Shown: positions 51,663-63,966, counted from the stretch's first letter. The stretch: 64,000 bases of DNA from an uncultured Bacteroidota bacterium (GCA_963700635.1 CAVOYH010000001.1:192001-256000); one strand, 5' to 3'. Notes: a model not told the origin generated them from the letters alone. Numbers and translations: made by a program.

Positions 51663-52772
51663 TCACACGATCATAATGGGCGATGTGTTTGTGGTGGCCG
51701 CAGTGACCACGACGCCGGGAGATGACTCATGAAGCGCGTCCCGCAGGTACCGTGTGACGGCCTGCACCACGGGAAGTTCTGTCTCATAATGGCCTGCGTC
51801 AATCAGGGCTATCGATCCGGCAGCGTCATGGAACGTGTGGTACCGGACATCAGCGGTTACAAAGGCATCTGCGCCGGCAGCGATTGCATCATGGAGCAGG
51901 TCAGCGCCCGCGCCGCCACAGACGGCAACAGTCCGGATACGGGATGTGCGCGCGCGTGTGTGCCGCATCGGCCCTGTTTTGAGTTTTGTCCGTACGAGGC
52001 GGAGAAATGCGACAAGCGGAAGCGGGGCGCGAAGCAGCCCGATGGCTCCCATGCCGGTGCCGGGATGCAGGTTTTCAAGTGGATAGACATCATAGGCGAC
52101 TTCTTCATACGGATGGGCTTTTTGCATCGCTTCAATGACGGCCGGGAGGACCCGCTGATCTACCAACATCTCCAGGCGGACTTCTTCAACCTGTTCAAGC
52201 CTCCCGCGCTTTCCTGCCCGTGGTGAGGAGCGGTCATTACCACGAAAGGTGCCGTTGCCCCGGACGCGGAACGAACATGCTTCATAATTGCCGATGATTC
52301 CTCCACCCGCCGCCGTCATCGCCTCCGCTACGCGGTCCACCGCCGTTTCGGGAACGAACGAAACAACTTTGCGATAGGTTCGGGCGTGCCGGGAGAGAAA
52401 GCGGACCTGCTGAAGGCCGAGCTTGTCGGCGAGGGCAAAACTTGTTCCACCGGGTGCAAAATCGAGATTTGTGTGCGACGCGTAGAGGGCTTTTCCGTTT
52501 TTGATCAGGGCCTCAAGAATCCGGCCTTGACCCGTGGAGCTGTCCAGCGTGCGCAGGGGTTTAAATATGAGAGGATGGTGCGTGATAATCAGATCAGCGT
52601 TCCGCCGTGTCGCCTCGCGGACCAGATCTGATGTGGCCTCAAGTGCTACCAGGATTCGTCGGACCGGCGCCTCAGGGTTGCCCACCTGAAGTCCAACATT
52701 GTCTTTCTCCCAGGCGAGGTCCCGTGGGGCCCAGCGTTCCATGAGAGTAGCGACGTCGCTTACCCGCAGCAT
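51663..52772 (-). CDS. Nif3-like dinuclear metal centre hexameric protein (YqfO type with PII-like insert)
   Basis: DNVGLQVG, THHPLIF, HTNLD, HPYEEVAYD and GHYETE motifs. Confidence 0.95.
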   Translation of the reverse strand: MLRVSDVATLMERWAPRDLAWEKDNVGLQVGNPEAPVRRILVALEATSDLVREATRRNADLIITHHPLIFKPLRTLDSSTGQGRILEALIKNGKALYASHTNLDFAPGGTSFALADKLGLQQVRFLSRHARTYRKVVSFVPETAVDRVAEAMTAAGGGIIGNYEACSFRVRGNGTFRGNDRSSPRAGKRGRLEQVEEVRLEMLVDQRVLPAVIEAMQKAHPYEEVAYDVYPLENLHPGTGMGAIGLLRAPLPLVAFLRLVRTKLKTGPMRHTRARTSRIRTVAVCGGAGADLLHDAIAAGADAFVTADVRYHTFHDAAGSIALIDAGHYETELPVVQAVTRYLRDALHESSPGVVVTAATTNTSPIMIV

Positions 52773-52787
52773 GTGTGATCCAGGTAG

Positions 52788-52818
52788 AAAAAAAAGAATC
52801 CCGCCTCTGGGCGGGATC
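52788..52818 (-). terminator. intrinsic terminator
   Basis: Minus strand ATCCCGCC-CAGA-GGCGGGAT, then TC and T8. Confidence 0.85.
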
Positions 52819-52944
52819 GTAACGCGTTGTCCGTGTGTGCTTCCGTTCGTCGAAGTTCTTTAACAGTATGCGGTTTTAGTTTCACGTGTGAGCGGCGGAC
52901 AACTCTAAGGTTTTAATTTGGGTCCGATGACATCGCATCGGGAC
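52788..52944 (-). ncRNA. candidate structured small RNA (two stem-loops plus terminator; Chlorobi-1-like architecture)
   Basis: Own promoter, 5' hairpin GTCCCGATG/CATCGGAC, second stem GTTGTCCG/CGGACAAC and a terminator; no credible ORF. Confidence 0.65.
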
Positions 52945-52948
52945 TACT

Positions 52949-52977
52949 AATATACCAAGAGGAGGGGAGAGAAGCAA
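52949..52977 (-). promoter_or_regulatory. sigma70 promoter of the candidate sRNA
   Basis: Minus strand TTGCTT-N17-TATATT with an extended TG. Confidence 0.7.
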
Positions 52978-52985
52978 GATCCCGG

Positions 52986-53664
52986 TCAGAGTCTCGCAAA
53001 ATCGATTTTCTCGAAATTTAAGTCACGAAGCCGGGATATCTTCCCGTTCTACCAGCCCGATCTGTGCGTCAATCGCCTGTACAAGCTTTTTGTCTCCGTC
53101 GCTCAGATTCTGCCGGAGGAGGATATCTGTGCTGATCTTGATGGCTGCCAGCGGGTTGTTAAACTCATGGCAAACCGTGACAACGAGCTCGTGAATGGCG
53201 TCCGTCCGTTTTCTTGCGATCAAGTCGGTTTTGGCCTGTGTGGCAATTCGCTGCTTTAAGTGGACTCGTTCCAGGATATTGATGATTGTGCGTGGAAGCA
53301 CAGAATCAACAGCTTCATCCTTGATGAGGTAGTCTTCCACTCCGTATTTCATGACTTCAATGGCCAGCCGGAAGTCCCGGTTTGAGGTCAGAAAAATGAT
53401 CGGGATGTCGATGTTTCGGGCCCGGATCTCGCGGGTGAGTTCCAGGCCGTTCATCTCGGGGAGATAGTAGTCTACAACCAGCATGTCCAGAGGAGGACGG
53501 GTGTCGAGGAACTCCAGCCCGGAGTGGGGATCCTGTTTCCAGACGGTCAGAAACCTGCGCCCCTGGTACTTCGAGAGAAGGTGCCGGGCCACCGCCATGT
53601 AACTGGCATCGTCGTCAATGAAGAGCAGGCGGATAGGGGGTGAAGATTCCATCTGAGGGTCCAT
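52986..53664 (-). CDS. receiver plus HisKA domain protein without HATPase; probable 1-nt insertion near the 3' end
   Basis: REC (FIDDD, VVDYYLP, FLTS, LIK) and H-box CHEFNNPL. As read it stops at 53023; removing one base gives EREISRLRDLNFEKIDFARL ending at 52986. Confidence 0.8.
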
Positions 53665-53675
53665 AATCGTGCTCA

Positions 53676-53704
53676 AGTATAACATATGTGCCCGAGAGAT
53701 GCAA
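53676..53704 (-). promoter_or_regulatory. sigma70 promoter, leftward
   Basis: Minus strand TTGCAT-N17-TATACT. Confidence 0.6.
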
Positions 53705-53718
53705 TGTCCCTTTTCCGG

Positions 53719-53747
53719 TTGATTTTGTGCTGATCATTGACTATACT
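53719..53747 (+). promoter_or_regulatory. sigma70 promoter, rightward
   Basis: TTGATT-N17-TATACT. Confidence 0.6.
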
Positions 53748-53833
53748 CCCCAAGAGTACGGTCATTGTGACCGCAAAAGTGGTGAGAACAGCGGGGACTG
53801 CACTTCACTCACAATTCGCGGGAGAACCTATAG

Positions 53834-54202
53834 ATGGCCAAAAAGAGCAAGATTCTTGTGGTTGACGACGAGGAAGCACTTCGTAGCGTTCTCAGCAGCG
53901 AGTTGATAAACGAAGGATACGAGGTTCTTACCGCATCGGATGGCGATGAGGCCATCACAGAGGTGGACAAGACGCCGTTTGACCTTGTGCTGCTGGACAT
54001 CAAAATGCCGCGCGTGAACGGATTTGAAGTCCTAAAGCACATCAAGGAACGCCCGACCCGGACCAAAGTGGTGATGCTGACAGGTTTCGCGGATCTGAAG
54101 AACGCGATTGAGTCCAAAAAACTGGGGGCCGACGACTTTGTCAGCAAACCGTATGATCTTGTGGATCTGCTGACGACCATCGAACGTGTTCTGAATGAAT
54201 AG
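53834..54202 (+). CDS. single-domain response regulator
   Basis: VVDDE, LLDIKMP, MLTG and SKPY motifs; 122 aa. Confidence 0.93.
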   Translation: MAKKSKILVVDDEEALRSVLSSELINEGYEVLTASDGDEAITEVDKTPFDLVLLDIKMPRVNGFEVLKHIKERPTRTKVVMLTGFADLKNAIESKKLGADDFVSKPYDLVDLLTTIERVLNE

Positions 54203-54246
54203 CCGCCATTGCCTCCCACGGTGCACACTCTAAGCGCGGCGGGAGT

Positions 54247-55617
54247 ATGGCAAAAAAATACAACCTCCTCGTTGTAGACGACGAAGCCCCCCTCCGGCTT
54301 CTCCTGGAAAGTGAACTCTCCGAAGCTGATGAATTTGCGGTGGATGTTGCCGCAGATGGCGGAGAGGCGATCAACCTGATCCAGGGAAATGTGTACGATG
54401 TAATCCTGCTCGATGTCCGCATGCCCCGCGTCAGCGGAATAGAAGTGCTGAAGTTCGTACAGGAATACTCTCCGACGACCCAGGTCATTATCCTCACCAA
54501 CTACGCAGACATCAAAACCGCCATCGAGACGATCAAACTCGGGGCGTATGATTTTCTTGCAAAACCGTATGACATAGAAGAGATTTTTAATACGATCCAT
54601 CGCGCTCTTGAACGGCGCGCCCTGTTTATTGACAACAAGCTGATGAAGAGCGAACTCTCCCGCAAAACGGGCGCACATGAACTGATCGGCCAGAGCCCTG
54701 TGTTCCTGCAGATGATCGAGAGCGCAACACGGTTTGCTGAAAGTGAATCGTTTGTGCTCATCCAGGGAGCAAGTGGAACCGGCAAAGAACTTATCGCCAA
54801 CCTGATCCACCGGCGCAGCACACGAAACAACCGGCCCTTCGTTGCGGTCAACTGCGCATCGATTCCCGATGCCCTGCTGGAAAGTGAGCTGTTCGGTCAC
54901 GAAAAAGGCGCATTCACCAATGCTTTTTCCACGAAACAGGGACTCGTGGAAGTGGCAAACGGCGGAACCCTCTTTCTGGATGAAGTCGGTGACATCAGTC
55001 CGGCTATCCAGCCGAAACTCCTGCGGTTTCTGGAGACAGGGGAATTCCGCCGCGTTGGAGGAACGAATCTCCTCACCGTCGATGTACGCGTGGTGAGTGC
55101 CTCAAACAAGGATCTTCGCGAAGAAGTGGCTGCCGGCAAATTTCGGGAGGATCTTCTCTACCGGCTGAATGTGGTGTCGGTGCGTATGCCATCCCTCCGG
55201 GAACGGGCCGACGATATCCCTATTCTTGCCGAATATTTTCTTGAGCGGAAAGCCAAATCGAAAAATATCAAACGTCTCTCGGACGGCGCGCTGGCGTTGC
55301 TCCTGACTCACACCTGGCCCGGTAACGTGCGTGAACTGGAACATGTGATCGAAGGGGCAATCCTCCTCTCCTCGGGAGAGATCATCGAGGAACATGATCT
55401 CCTGATGTACTTCCAGCGTACAGAGCCGAATCTTGTCACTCCCGCACCGCAGAAGACGGCGGGTTCCATTACCCTTGATGAACTGGAACGTCAGCATATC
55501 GAACGGACGCTCCGCGAGCAGCAGTTTAACCGCGCACGCACAGCCCAGGTGCTCGGGATCAGCAAAAAGACACTTTACTTGAAGATCAAGCGGTACGGGC
55601 TGAGGATCGACGAGTGA
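54247..55617 (+). CDS. sigma54-dependent response regulator (NtrC family)
   Basis: REC, AAA+ (GASGTGKE, ESELFGHEKGAFTNA, FLDEVG, WPGNVREL) and a Fis-type HTH. Confidence 0.95.
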   Translation: MAKKYNLLVVDDEAPLRLLLESELSEADEFAVDVAADGGEAINLIQGNVYDVILLDVRMPRVSGIEVLKFVQEYSPTTQVIILTNYADIKTAIETIKLGAYDFLAKPYDIEEIFNTIHRALERRALFIDNKLMKSELSRKTGAHELIGQSPVFLQMIESATRFAESESFVLIQGASGTGKELIANLIHRRSTRNNRPFVAVNCASIPDALLESELFGHEKGAFTNAFSTKQGLVEVANGGTLFLDEVGDISPAIQPKLLRFLETGEFRRVGGTNLLTVDVRVVSASNKDLREEVAAGKFREDLLYRLNVVSVRMPSLRERADDIPILAEYFLERKAKSKNIKRLSDGALALLLTHTWPGNVRELEHVIEGAILLSSGEIIEEHDLLMYFQRTEPNLVTPAPQKTAGSITLDELERQHIERTLREQQFNRARTAQVLGISKKTLYLKIKRYGLRIDE

Positions 55618-55695
55618 TGTGGTCGCCTTGATTTTCGACACTGATTTTCGTTCTTTTTCTCTACTTGTCACTCTAACCGCAAAACAGACATACAT

Positions 55696-58373
<2,678 letters not shown>

Positions 58374-58383
58374 GCCGGGCCGC

Positions 58384-59460
58384 ATGAACAAATACGCGAA
58401 AAGAGTCACTCGGCTGCGCACACTCCTGGAGGAACAGCGGCTCGACGCGCTTATCGTTACATCCCTTATCCACCTGCAATATCTCACAGGCTTTACCGGA
58501 ACACACGGCCTCGCCGTGGTTACCCGACGCGAGGTGTATTTTATAACCGACTCACGGTATCGTGCACAAGCTGCGCGCCAGGTTCGAGCTGCTCAACGCC
58601 TGCTGACACAGCACCCGCTTCTCGTGGCGATGGCAGACCATCACTGCCTTTCACGGTGCAAACGAACCGGATTTGAGTCCCATGACATGACCTATCAGCA
58701 GTACCGGACCCTCAGGAAGACGTTTCCGGGAAAGGTGTTTGTCCCGACATCAGGCATTGTTGAAAACCTGCTGCTCGTGAAGGAATCCTCAGAGCTGGCG
58801 TCCATGCGCAGTGCAATGCGCATCACCGATTTAGTCTTCGCGGAGGTACTCCCTCTCCTCCGGCCGGGGATGCGCGAGAACGAGGTGGCGGCAGAGATCT
58901 CGTACCGGCACCGGCGCCTCGGGGCAGACGGAGACGCTTTTATCCCCATTGTAGCGAGTGGAGTCCGTGGCGCTCTGCCGCATGCAAGGGCATCCGATAA
59001 GATCCTTCGGCATGGGGAAATGGTAACGCTCGACTTCGGGTGCACGGTCGACGGATATCACTCTGATCTCACCCGGACGGTGGCTCTCGGCCGCGTAAGC
59101 CAGCGTGCACGCAAGGTCTATGATGTCGTACGGCGTGCCCAGCAGGCCGCACTGGCAGCAGCCCGCGGTGGAATACGCGCCCGCGCATTGGATGCCGTGG
59201 CCCGGGATGTTATCACCGGTGCCGGATATGGCGATGCGTTCTCACACTCGCTCGGACACGGACTCGGCCTACATATCCACGAACGCCCCAGAGTGTCACC
59301 TTTGAGCAACGAGATCCTGGTTGCCGGCAGCGTCATCACTGTCGAGCCCGGTATCTATATCCCCGGTTGGGGTGGTGTCCGTATTGAAGATGATGTTCTC
59401 TTGATGCAAAGAGGAAACACCGTGCTGACGACTGCTCCTAAAGACCTGATGGTTCTCTGA
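58384..59460 (+). CDS. Xaa-Pro peptidase (M24B)
   Basis: YLTGFTG, TDSRY, SDLTRT, HSLGHGLG, EPGIY and GVRIED motifs; ATG at 58384. Confidence 0.92.
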   Translation: MNKYAKRVTRLRTLLEEQRLDALIVTSLIHLQYLTGFTGTHGLAVVTRREVYFITDSRYRAQAARQVRAAQRLLTQHPLLVAMADHHCLSRCKRTGFESHDMTYQQYRTLRKTFPGKVFVPTSGIVENLLLVKESSELASMRSAMRITDLVFAEVLPLLRPGMRENEVAAEISYRHRRLGADGDAFIPIVASGVRGALPHARASDKILRHGEMVTLDFGCTVDGYHSDLTRTVALGRVSQRARKVYDVVRRAQQAALAAARGGIRARALDAVARDVITGAGYGDAFSHSLGHGLGLHIHERPRVSPLSNEILVAGSVITVEPGIYIPGWGGVRIEDDVLLMQRGNTVLTTAPKDLMVL

Positions 59461-59461
59461 C

Positions 59462-60757
59462 ATGGCCCAGACCGCTCCCCGACGTCGTGTTCTCGTGGTT
59501 GCCTACTACTTCCCGCCGATGGGTCTCAGTGGAGTGCAGCGGACACTCAAGTTCGTCAAGTATCTTCCGCAGTTTGGATGGCAACCTACCGTCTTGACCG
59601 TTCAGCCTCAGGGCTACCTGGCCACCGACACCTCTTTATTGGACGATATAGCGGGAAGGGATATACTGATTGAGCGTACCGGAGCCGCCGGCCCGGGTAG
59701 ATTTCTCTCCCGGAATGCCGTGGTAGAATTTCCGGCAGAGTGGTCCCGGAAACTGCTCAGCAGGATCAGTGACACAGTGTTTGTGCCGGACAACAAGATC
59801 GGCTGGAAGCGGAAGGCTGTCGCACACGGACTTCGTCTTGCTCAAACCCGCCCTTTCGACCTGATCTTTTCCACTGGGCCTCCCTTCACTGATTTTCTCA
59901 TCGGGCGCGAGCTGAAGCGTGCATTAAATATCCCTCTCGTCCTGGACTACCGTGATCCATGGGTGGAATATCCCTTCAAGTTTTATCCCACCCCGGTGCA
60001 CAAATGGCTCAACATCAGGGCCGAGCGGGCGGCACTGCGCGCAAGCAGCCATGTCACAACAACCAACCGGCGAGTCAAGGAACTGCTGCTCCGCCGCCAC
60101 AGGTTTCTGACGTATCACGACATCGAAATCCTGTCTCAGGGATTCGATCCTGATGATTTTGCCCGTGCGGCGACGCCCGCGGAGCAAACACCGCCGCGCC
60201 GGAACCGCGCGATGCGCATTACCTACGCCGGCGTATTCTGGGAAGACCGAAAACCGGACTATTTTCTCCAAGCTCTGCACGACCTTTTGAAAGACAGGCC
60301 GAAACTCCGCGGACGAATCCAGGCAGTATTCGTGGGGCACTTCCGGGAAGAGAACAAGAAGCTGGTGGGACGTCTGGGACTGCAGGATTCGGTGAGCCTC
60401 CTGGGATATCTTCCGCACAACGAGTGTATCAGCGAACTGGTTGCGTCGGATGTGTTGTGGATGACCGTCGGCGACGATCTGGGATCACCCGGCAAGACAT
60501 ACGAGTATATCGGTGCCCGTAAACCCATTCTCGCGTGCGCCCCGGAGGGATTCATCAAGTCAACAGTTCTTGAAGCCGGCGGCATGGTTGTCCTTCCGGA
60601 CGACATCCCCGGCATCCGCAATGCCATTGAACAGTATTACGCACAATGGGAACGCCATGAGCTCAAAGGTCCCGCTGAGGATGTTGTGCAGAAATACAGC
60701 CGCGTAGCCCTTACGAATAGCCTGGTAAAGGTATTCGAGGCTCTGCTGGACTCCTGA
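59462..60757 (+). CDS. glycosyltransferase family 4-like (GT-B)
   Basis: AYYFPP...GVQR, DYRDPW, GFDPDDF and PGKTYEY motifs. Confidence 0.85.
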   Translation: MAQTAPRRRVLVVAYYFPPMGLSGVQRTLKFVKYLPQFGWQPTVLTVQPQGYLATDTSLLDDIAGRDILIERTGAAGPGRFLSRNAVVEFPAEWSRKLLSRISDTVFVPDNKIGWKRKAVAHGLRLAQTRPFDLIFSTGPPFTDFLIGRELKRALNIPLVLDYRDPWVEYPFKFYPTPVHKWLNIRAERAALRASSHVTTTNRRVKELLLRRHRFLTYHDIEILSQGFDPDDFARAATPAEQTPPRRNRAMRITYAGVFWEDRKPDYFLQALHDLLKDRPKLRGRIQAVFVGHFREENKKLVGRLGLQDSVSLLGYLPHNECISELVASDVLWMTVGDDLGSPGKTYEYIGARKPILACAPEGFIKSTVLEAGGMVVLPDDIPGIRNAIEQYYAQWERHELKGPAEDVVQKYSRVALTNSLVKVFEALLDS

Positions 60758-60758
60758 T

Positions 60759-62081
60759 ATGAACATTCTTGTCATAGGATCGGGTGGTCGTGAACATGCG
60801 CTCGTTTGGGCCCTGCAAAGAAGCCCCGGAGTCCGACGTGTGATCAGCGCACCCGGGAATCCCGGTATTGCCGGGCTTGCGAACGTTTTCCCCGTAAACG
60901 CCGACGACATTCCTGCGTTGATGAATATTGCACGGCGGGAACTGGTCGATCTCACGGTTGTGGGTCCTGAACAGCCGCTCGCAAAGGGCATCGTGGATGA
61001 GTTTCTCCGGAACGGCCTTACTATCTTCGGTCCCACACAACGGGCTGCGGCTCTGGAGTGGAGTAAGGCGTTTGCCAAGGAGTTTATGGCGCGGCATAAC
61101 ATCCCGACAGCCCGATATACGATTGTCGGCAAGGAAAATCCGGGTCATGCACACGCTCGGCTGGACACATTTGATATGCCTGTTGTGCTGAAGGCGGACG
61201 GACTGGCAGCAGGAAAGGGAGTTGTTATTTGCAGCGATGCTCCAGAGGCACATGGAGTTCTTGAGACCATGCTGAGCGGGGAAAGTTTTGGGGAGGCAGG
61301 AAGCCGTGTTGTGATTGAGGAGCATATGAACGGAGAAGAGGCCTCGGTCTTCGCCATTACCGATGGAAGAGAGTATGTTCTGCTGGCGCCTGCCCAGGAT
61401 CACAAGCGCGCTCTGGACGGTGACCGGGGAAAAAACACCGGGGGTATGGGAGCCTATGCGCCGGCTCCGGTGGTTACGTCTGAGATCATGCGGCGCGTGG
61501 AAGCGGAGATCTTACGCCCGACACTCTCAGGTATGGCATCGGAGGGAAGTCCGTATTCGGGCTGTTTATATATCGGTTTGATGTTCACCGACAAGGGCCC
61601 GCGTGTTGTAGAATACAACTGCCGGTTTGGTGACCCGGAAACCCAGGTGGTATTGCCACTCTTCAAGGGTGATCTGGCCCGCACCCTGTTCGCTGCGGCC
61701 ACCGGCACACTCGGAACGGTGCCGCTCATCCCATGGAGCGTAACCGATTCTGCCACTGCAGCCTGTGTGGTACTTGCCGCGGGGGGATATCCTGACGGGT
61801 ACCGAACAGGAGACCCCATACGCGGTCTGGATTCGTTACACGGCATGGAGGGAGTCGTCGCGTTTCACGCTGGAACACGACTGGAGAAACAGGCTGTCGT
61901 AACGGCGGGCGGCAGGGTGCTGGGTGTCTCTGCCATGTCAGAATCGGGTGGCCTCGCTTCTACACTGGGACGATGTTATACTGCCATAGCGAAGATCAAC
62001 TTTGACAACATGCACTACCGGACGGACATCGGGCATCGCGCACGAGGGTTCACATCTACATCAACACATAGAAAAATATGA
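60759..62081 (+). CDS. purD: phosphoribosylamine-glycine ligase
   Basis: GSGGREHAL, KADGLAAGKGV, NTGGMGAY and RFGDPETQ motifs. Confidence 0.98.
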   Translation: MNILVIGSGGREHALVWALQRSPGVRRVISAPGNPGIAGLANVFPVNADDIPALMNIARRELVDLTVVGPEQPLAKGIVDEFLRNGLTIFGPTQRAAALEWSKAFAKEFMARHNIPTARYTIVGKENPGHAHARLDTFDMPVVLKADGLAAGKGVVICSDAPEAHGVLETMLSGESFGEAGSRVVIEEHMNGEEASVFAITDGREYVLLAPAQDHKRALDGDRGKNTGGMGAYAPAPVVTSEIMRRVEAEILRPTLSGMASEGSPYSGCLYIGLMFTDKGPRVVEYNCRFGDPETQVVLPLFKGDLARTLFAAATGTLGTVPLIPWSVTDSATAACVVLAAGGYPDGYRTGDPIRGLDSLHGMEGVVAFHAGTRLEKQAVVTAGGRVLGVSAMSESGGLASTLGRCYTAIAKINFDNMHYRTDIGHRARGFTSTSTHRKI

Positions 62082-63001
62082 ATATTCTTCTTACCGGAGG
62101 GGCCGGGTTTATCGGTTCCCATATCGCCGACGCGTATCTTGCCGGCGGGCATCGTGTAACCATCATCGATAATCTCTCCACGGGACGGCGGCAGAATGTC
62201 CCGGCTGGAGCGACATTTGTGGAAGCGGATATCCGTGATCCGGACGCTGTGGGGCGTGTGTTCGCGTCGTCCCATTTTGACCTCTTAAACCACCATGCCG
62301 CGCAGATGGACATCCGCCGATCCGTTGCAGATCCCGTGTACGATGCGTCCGTGAATATTCTCGGCGTGCTGACGCTTCTGCAGGAATGTGTCCGGACGGG
62401 TGTACAGCGTGTGGTGTTCGCCTCGAGTGGTGGTGCGGTGTACGGCGAACAGGAAACGTACCCCGCAGATGAGTCACACGCAACACACCCTATCTCGCCG
62501 TATGGTGTTGCCAAATTGACGACCGAGCATTACCTCTTCTACTATCACACGGTCTTCGGTACCGATATCGTGTGTCTGCGTTATGCCAATGTGTTCGGAC
62601 CCCGGCAGAATCCTGAAGGCGAAGCCGGTGTCGTTGCCATCTTCTCAAAAAAAATGCTCGCCGGTCAGGAACCCACCATAAACGGCGACGGCCGGCAAAC
62701 ACGGGATTATGTCTTCGTTAGCGATGTTGTGCACGCGAATATGCTGGTTTCCGGAGTGACGGGATTTCAGATATTTAATATCGGGACCGGCCGCGAAACG
62801 GATGTGACGCAGATCTTTCACGGGGTCCGTGAGGCCGCCGGGAGTGCCTGTCCGGAGCGTTATGGCGAAGCGAAAAAGGGCGAACAGCGCCGGAGTGTGC
62901 TTTCCCACGACCGTATCTGCAAGAGACTCGGATGGAAACCGGAGGTGACGTTGGAAGACGGCTTGCGCAGCACCGTCGATTACTTTCGTCAGAACAAGTA
63001 G
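62078..63001 (+). CDS. NAD-dependent epimerase/dehydratase (UDP-glucose 4-epimerase-like)
   Basis: TGGAGFIGSH, YGVAK, LRYANVFGPRQ and GDGRQTRDY motifs. Confidence 0.9.
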   Translation: MNILLTGGAGFIGSHIADAYLAGGHRVTIIDNLSTGRRQNVPAGATFVEADIRDPDAVGRVFASSHFDLLNHHAAQMDIRRSVADPVYDASVNILGVLTLLQECVRTGVQRVVFASSGGAVYGEQETYPADESHATHPISPYGVAKLTTEHYLFYYHTVFGTDIVCLRYANVFGPRQNPEGEAGVVAIFSKKMLAGQEPTINGDGRQTRDYVFVSDVVHANMLVSGVTGFQIFNIGTGRETDVTQIFHGVREAAGSACPERYGEAKKGEQRRSVLSHDRICKRLGWKPEVTLEDGLRSTVDYFRQNK

Positions 63002-63005
63002 GCAC

Positions 63006-63941
63006 GTGGCTCAACCGGTAAACACAGCTGATGTGCTCGGGGGGAATAGGGTGGCCATTGCGCGCGCCATTACCCTCGTGGAGAATGAGCTCCCTGCGGG
63101 GGAAGCACTGCTTCATACACTTTTCCCCCATACCGGCCGGGCCTACCGCATAGGCGTCACCGGCCCACCGGGGGCCGGGAAGAGCACCCTGACCAACAAA
63201 CTCGCGATCCACTACAGGCGGGAAGGCCGGACCGTTGGCATTATTGCGGTTGACCCGACCAGCCCCTTTACCGGCGGGGCGGTGCTCGGCGACCGGGTAC
63301 GGATGAATGACGTAGAGCTGGATGCTGGCGTGTTCATCCGGAGTATGGCGTCGAGGGGTAGTCTGGGTGGATTGAGCAAGACTGCCGCGGAAGCGGCCGA
63401 TGTGCTGGATGCTGCGGGGATGGAGATCATCCTCCTGGAGACGGTGGGTGTCGGGCAGTCCGAGCTTGATATCGCCGGTGCGGCGGACACAACGATAGTC
63501 GTGCTCGTCCCCGAATCAGGCGATGCAGTACAGGCCATGAAAGCTGGTCTGATGGAGATTGCGGACATCTTTGTCATGAACAAAGCGGACCGGGCAGGAG
63601 CGGAACAGGCCATACAGGCAATGACCACGATTCTCGGACTCCGTCAAAGCCCGGCGGCCCTGCCACCGGTCATCGCAACCGTGGCCTCCGAGGGGAAAGG
63701 TGTCGAAGATGTCGTCGGAGCGATACGATTGCACCGGGAGGCGCTTCAGAAGCATGAGGGGCTCTCTGCAAAACGAAAGGAACGGCTCCAGAATCGTATC
63801 ACAGAGCTCGTTGTAGACCGCGTACGCAAGCAACTATGGACTCCCGTGCGCCGGACTCTGTTGTCACAGGGCGTCGATGATGTTGTCCGGGGAAAACGTA
63901 CACCGTATGACGTAGCCAGAGAGCTTGTTGAGAATCTATGA
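63006..63941 (+). CDS. meaB: second MeaB/ArgK-family GTPase
   Basis: GPPGAGKST, DPTSPFTGGAVLGDRVRM, ETVGVGQSE and NKAD motifs. Confidence 0.9.
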   Translation: MAQPVNTADVLGGNRVAIARAITLVENELPAGEALLHTLFPHTGRAYRIGVTGPPGAGKSTLTNKLAIHYRREGRTVGIIAVDPTSPFTGGAVLGDRVRMNDVELDAGVFIRSMASRGSLGGLSKTAAEAADVLDAAGMEIILLETVGVGQSELDIAGAADTTIVVLVPESGDAVQAMKAGLMEIADIFVMNKADRAGAEQAIQAMTTILGLRQSPAALPPVIATVASEGKGVEDVVGAIRLHREALQKHEGLSAKRKERLQNRITELVVDRVRKQLWTPVRRTLLSQGVDDVVRGKRTPYDVARELVENL

Positions 63942-63966
63942 ACCGACCACCCGTGACGAGGTATGT

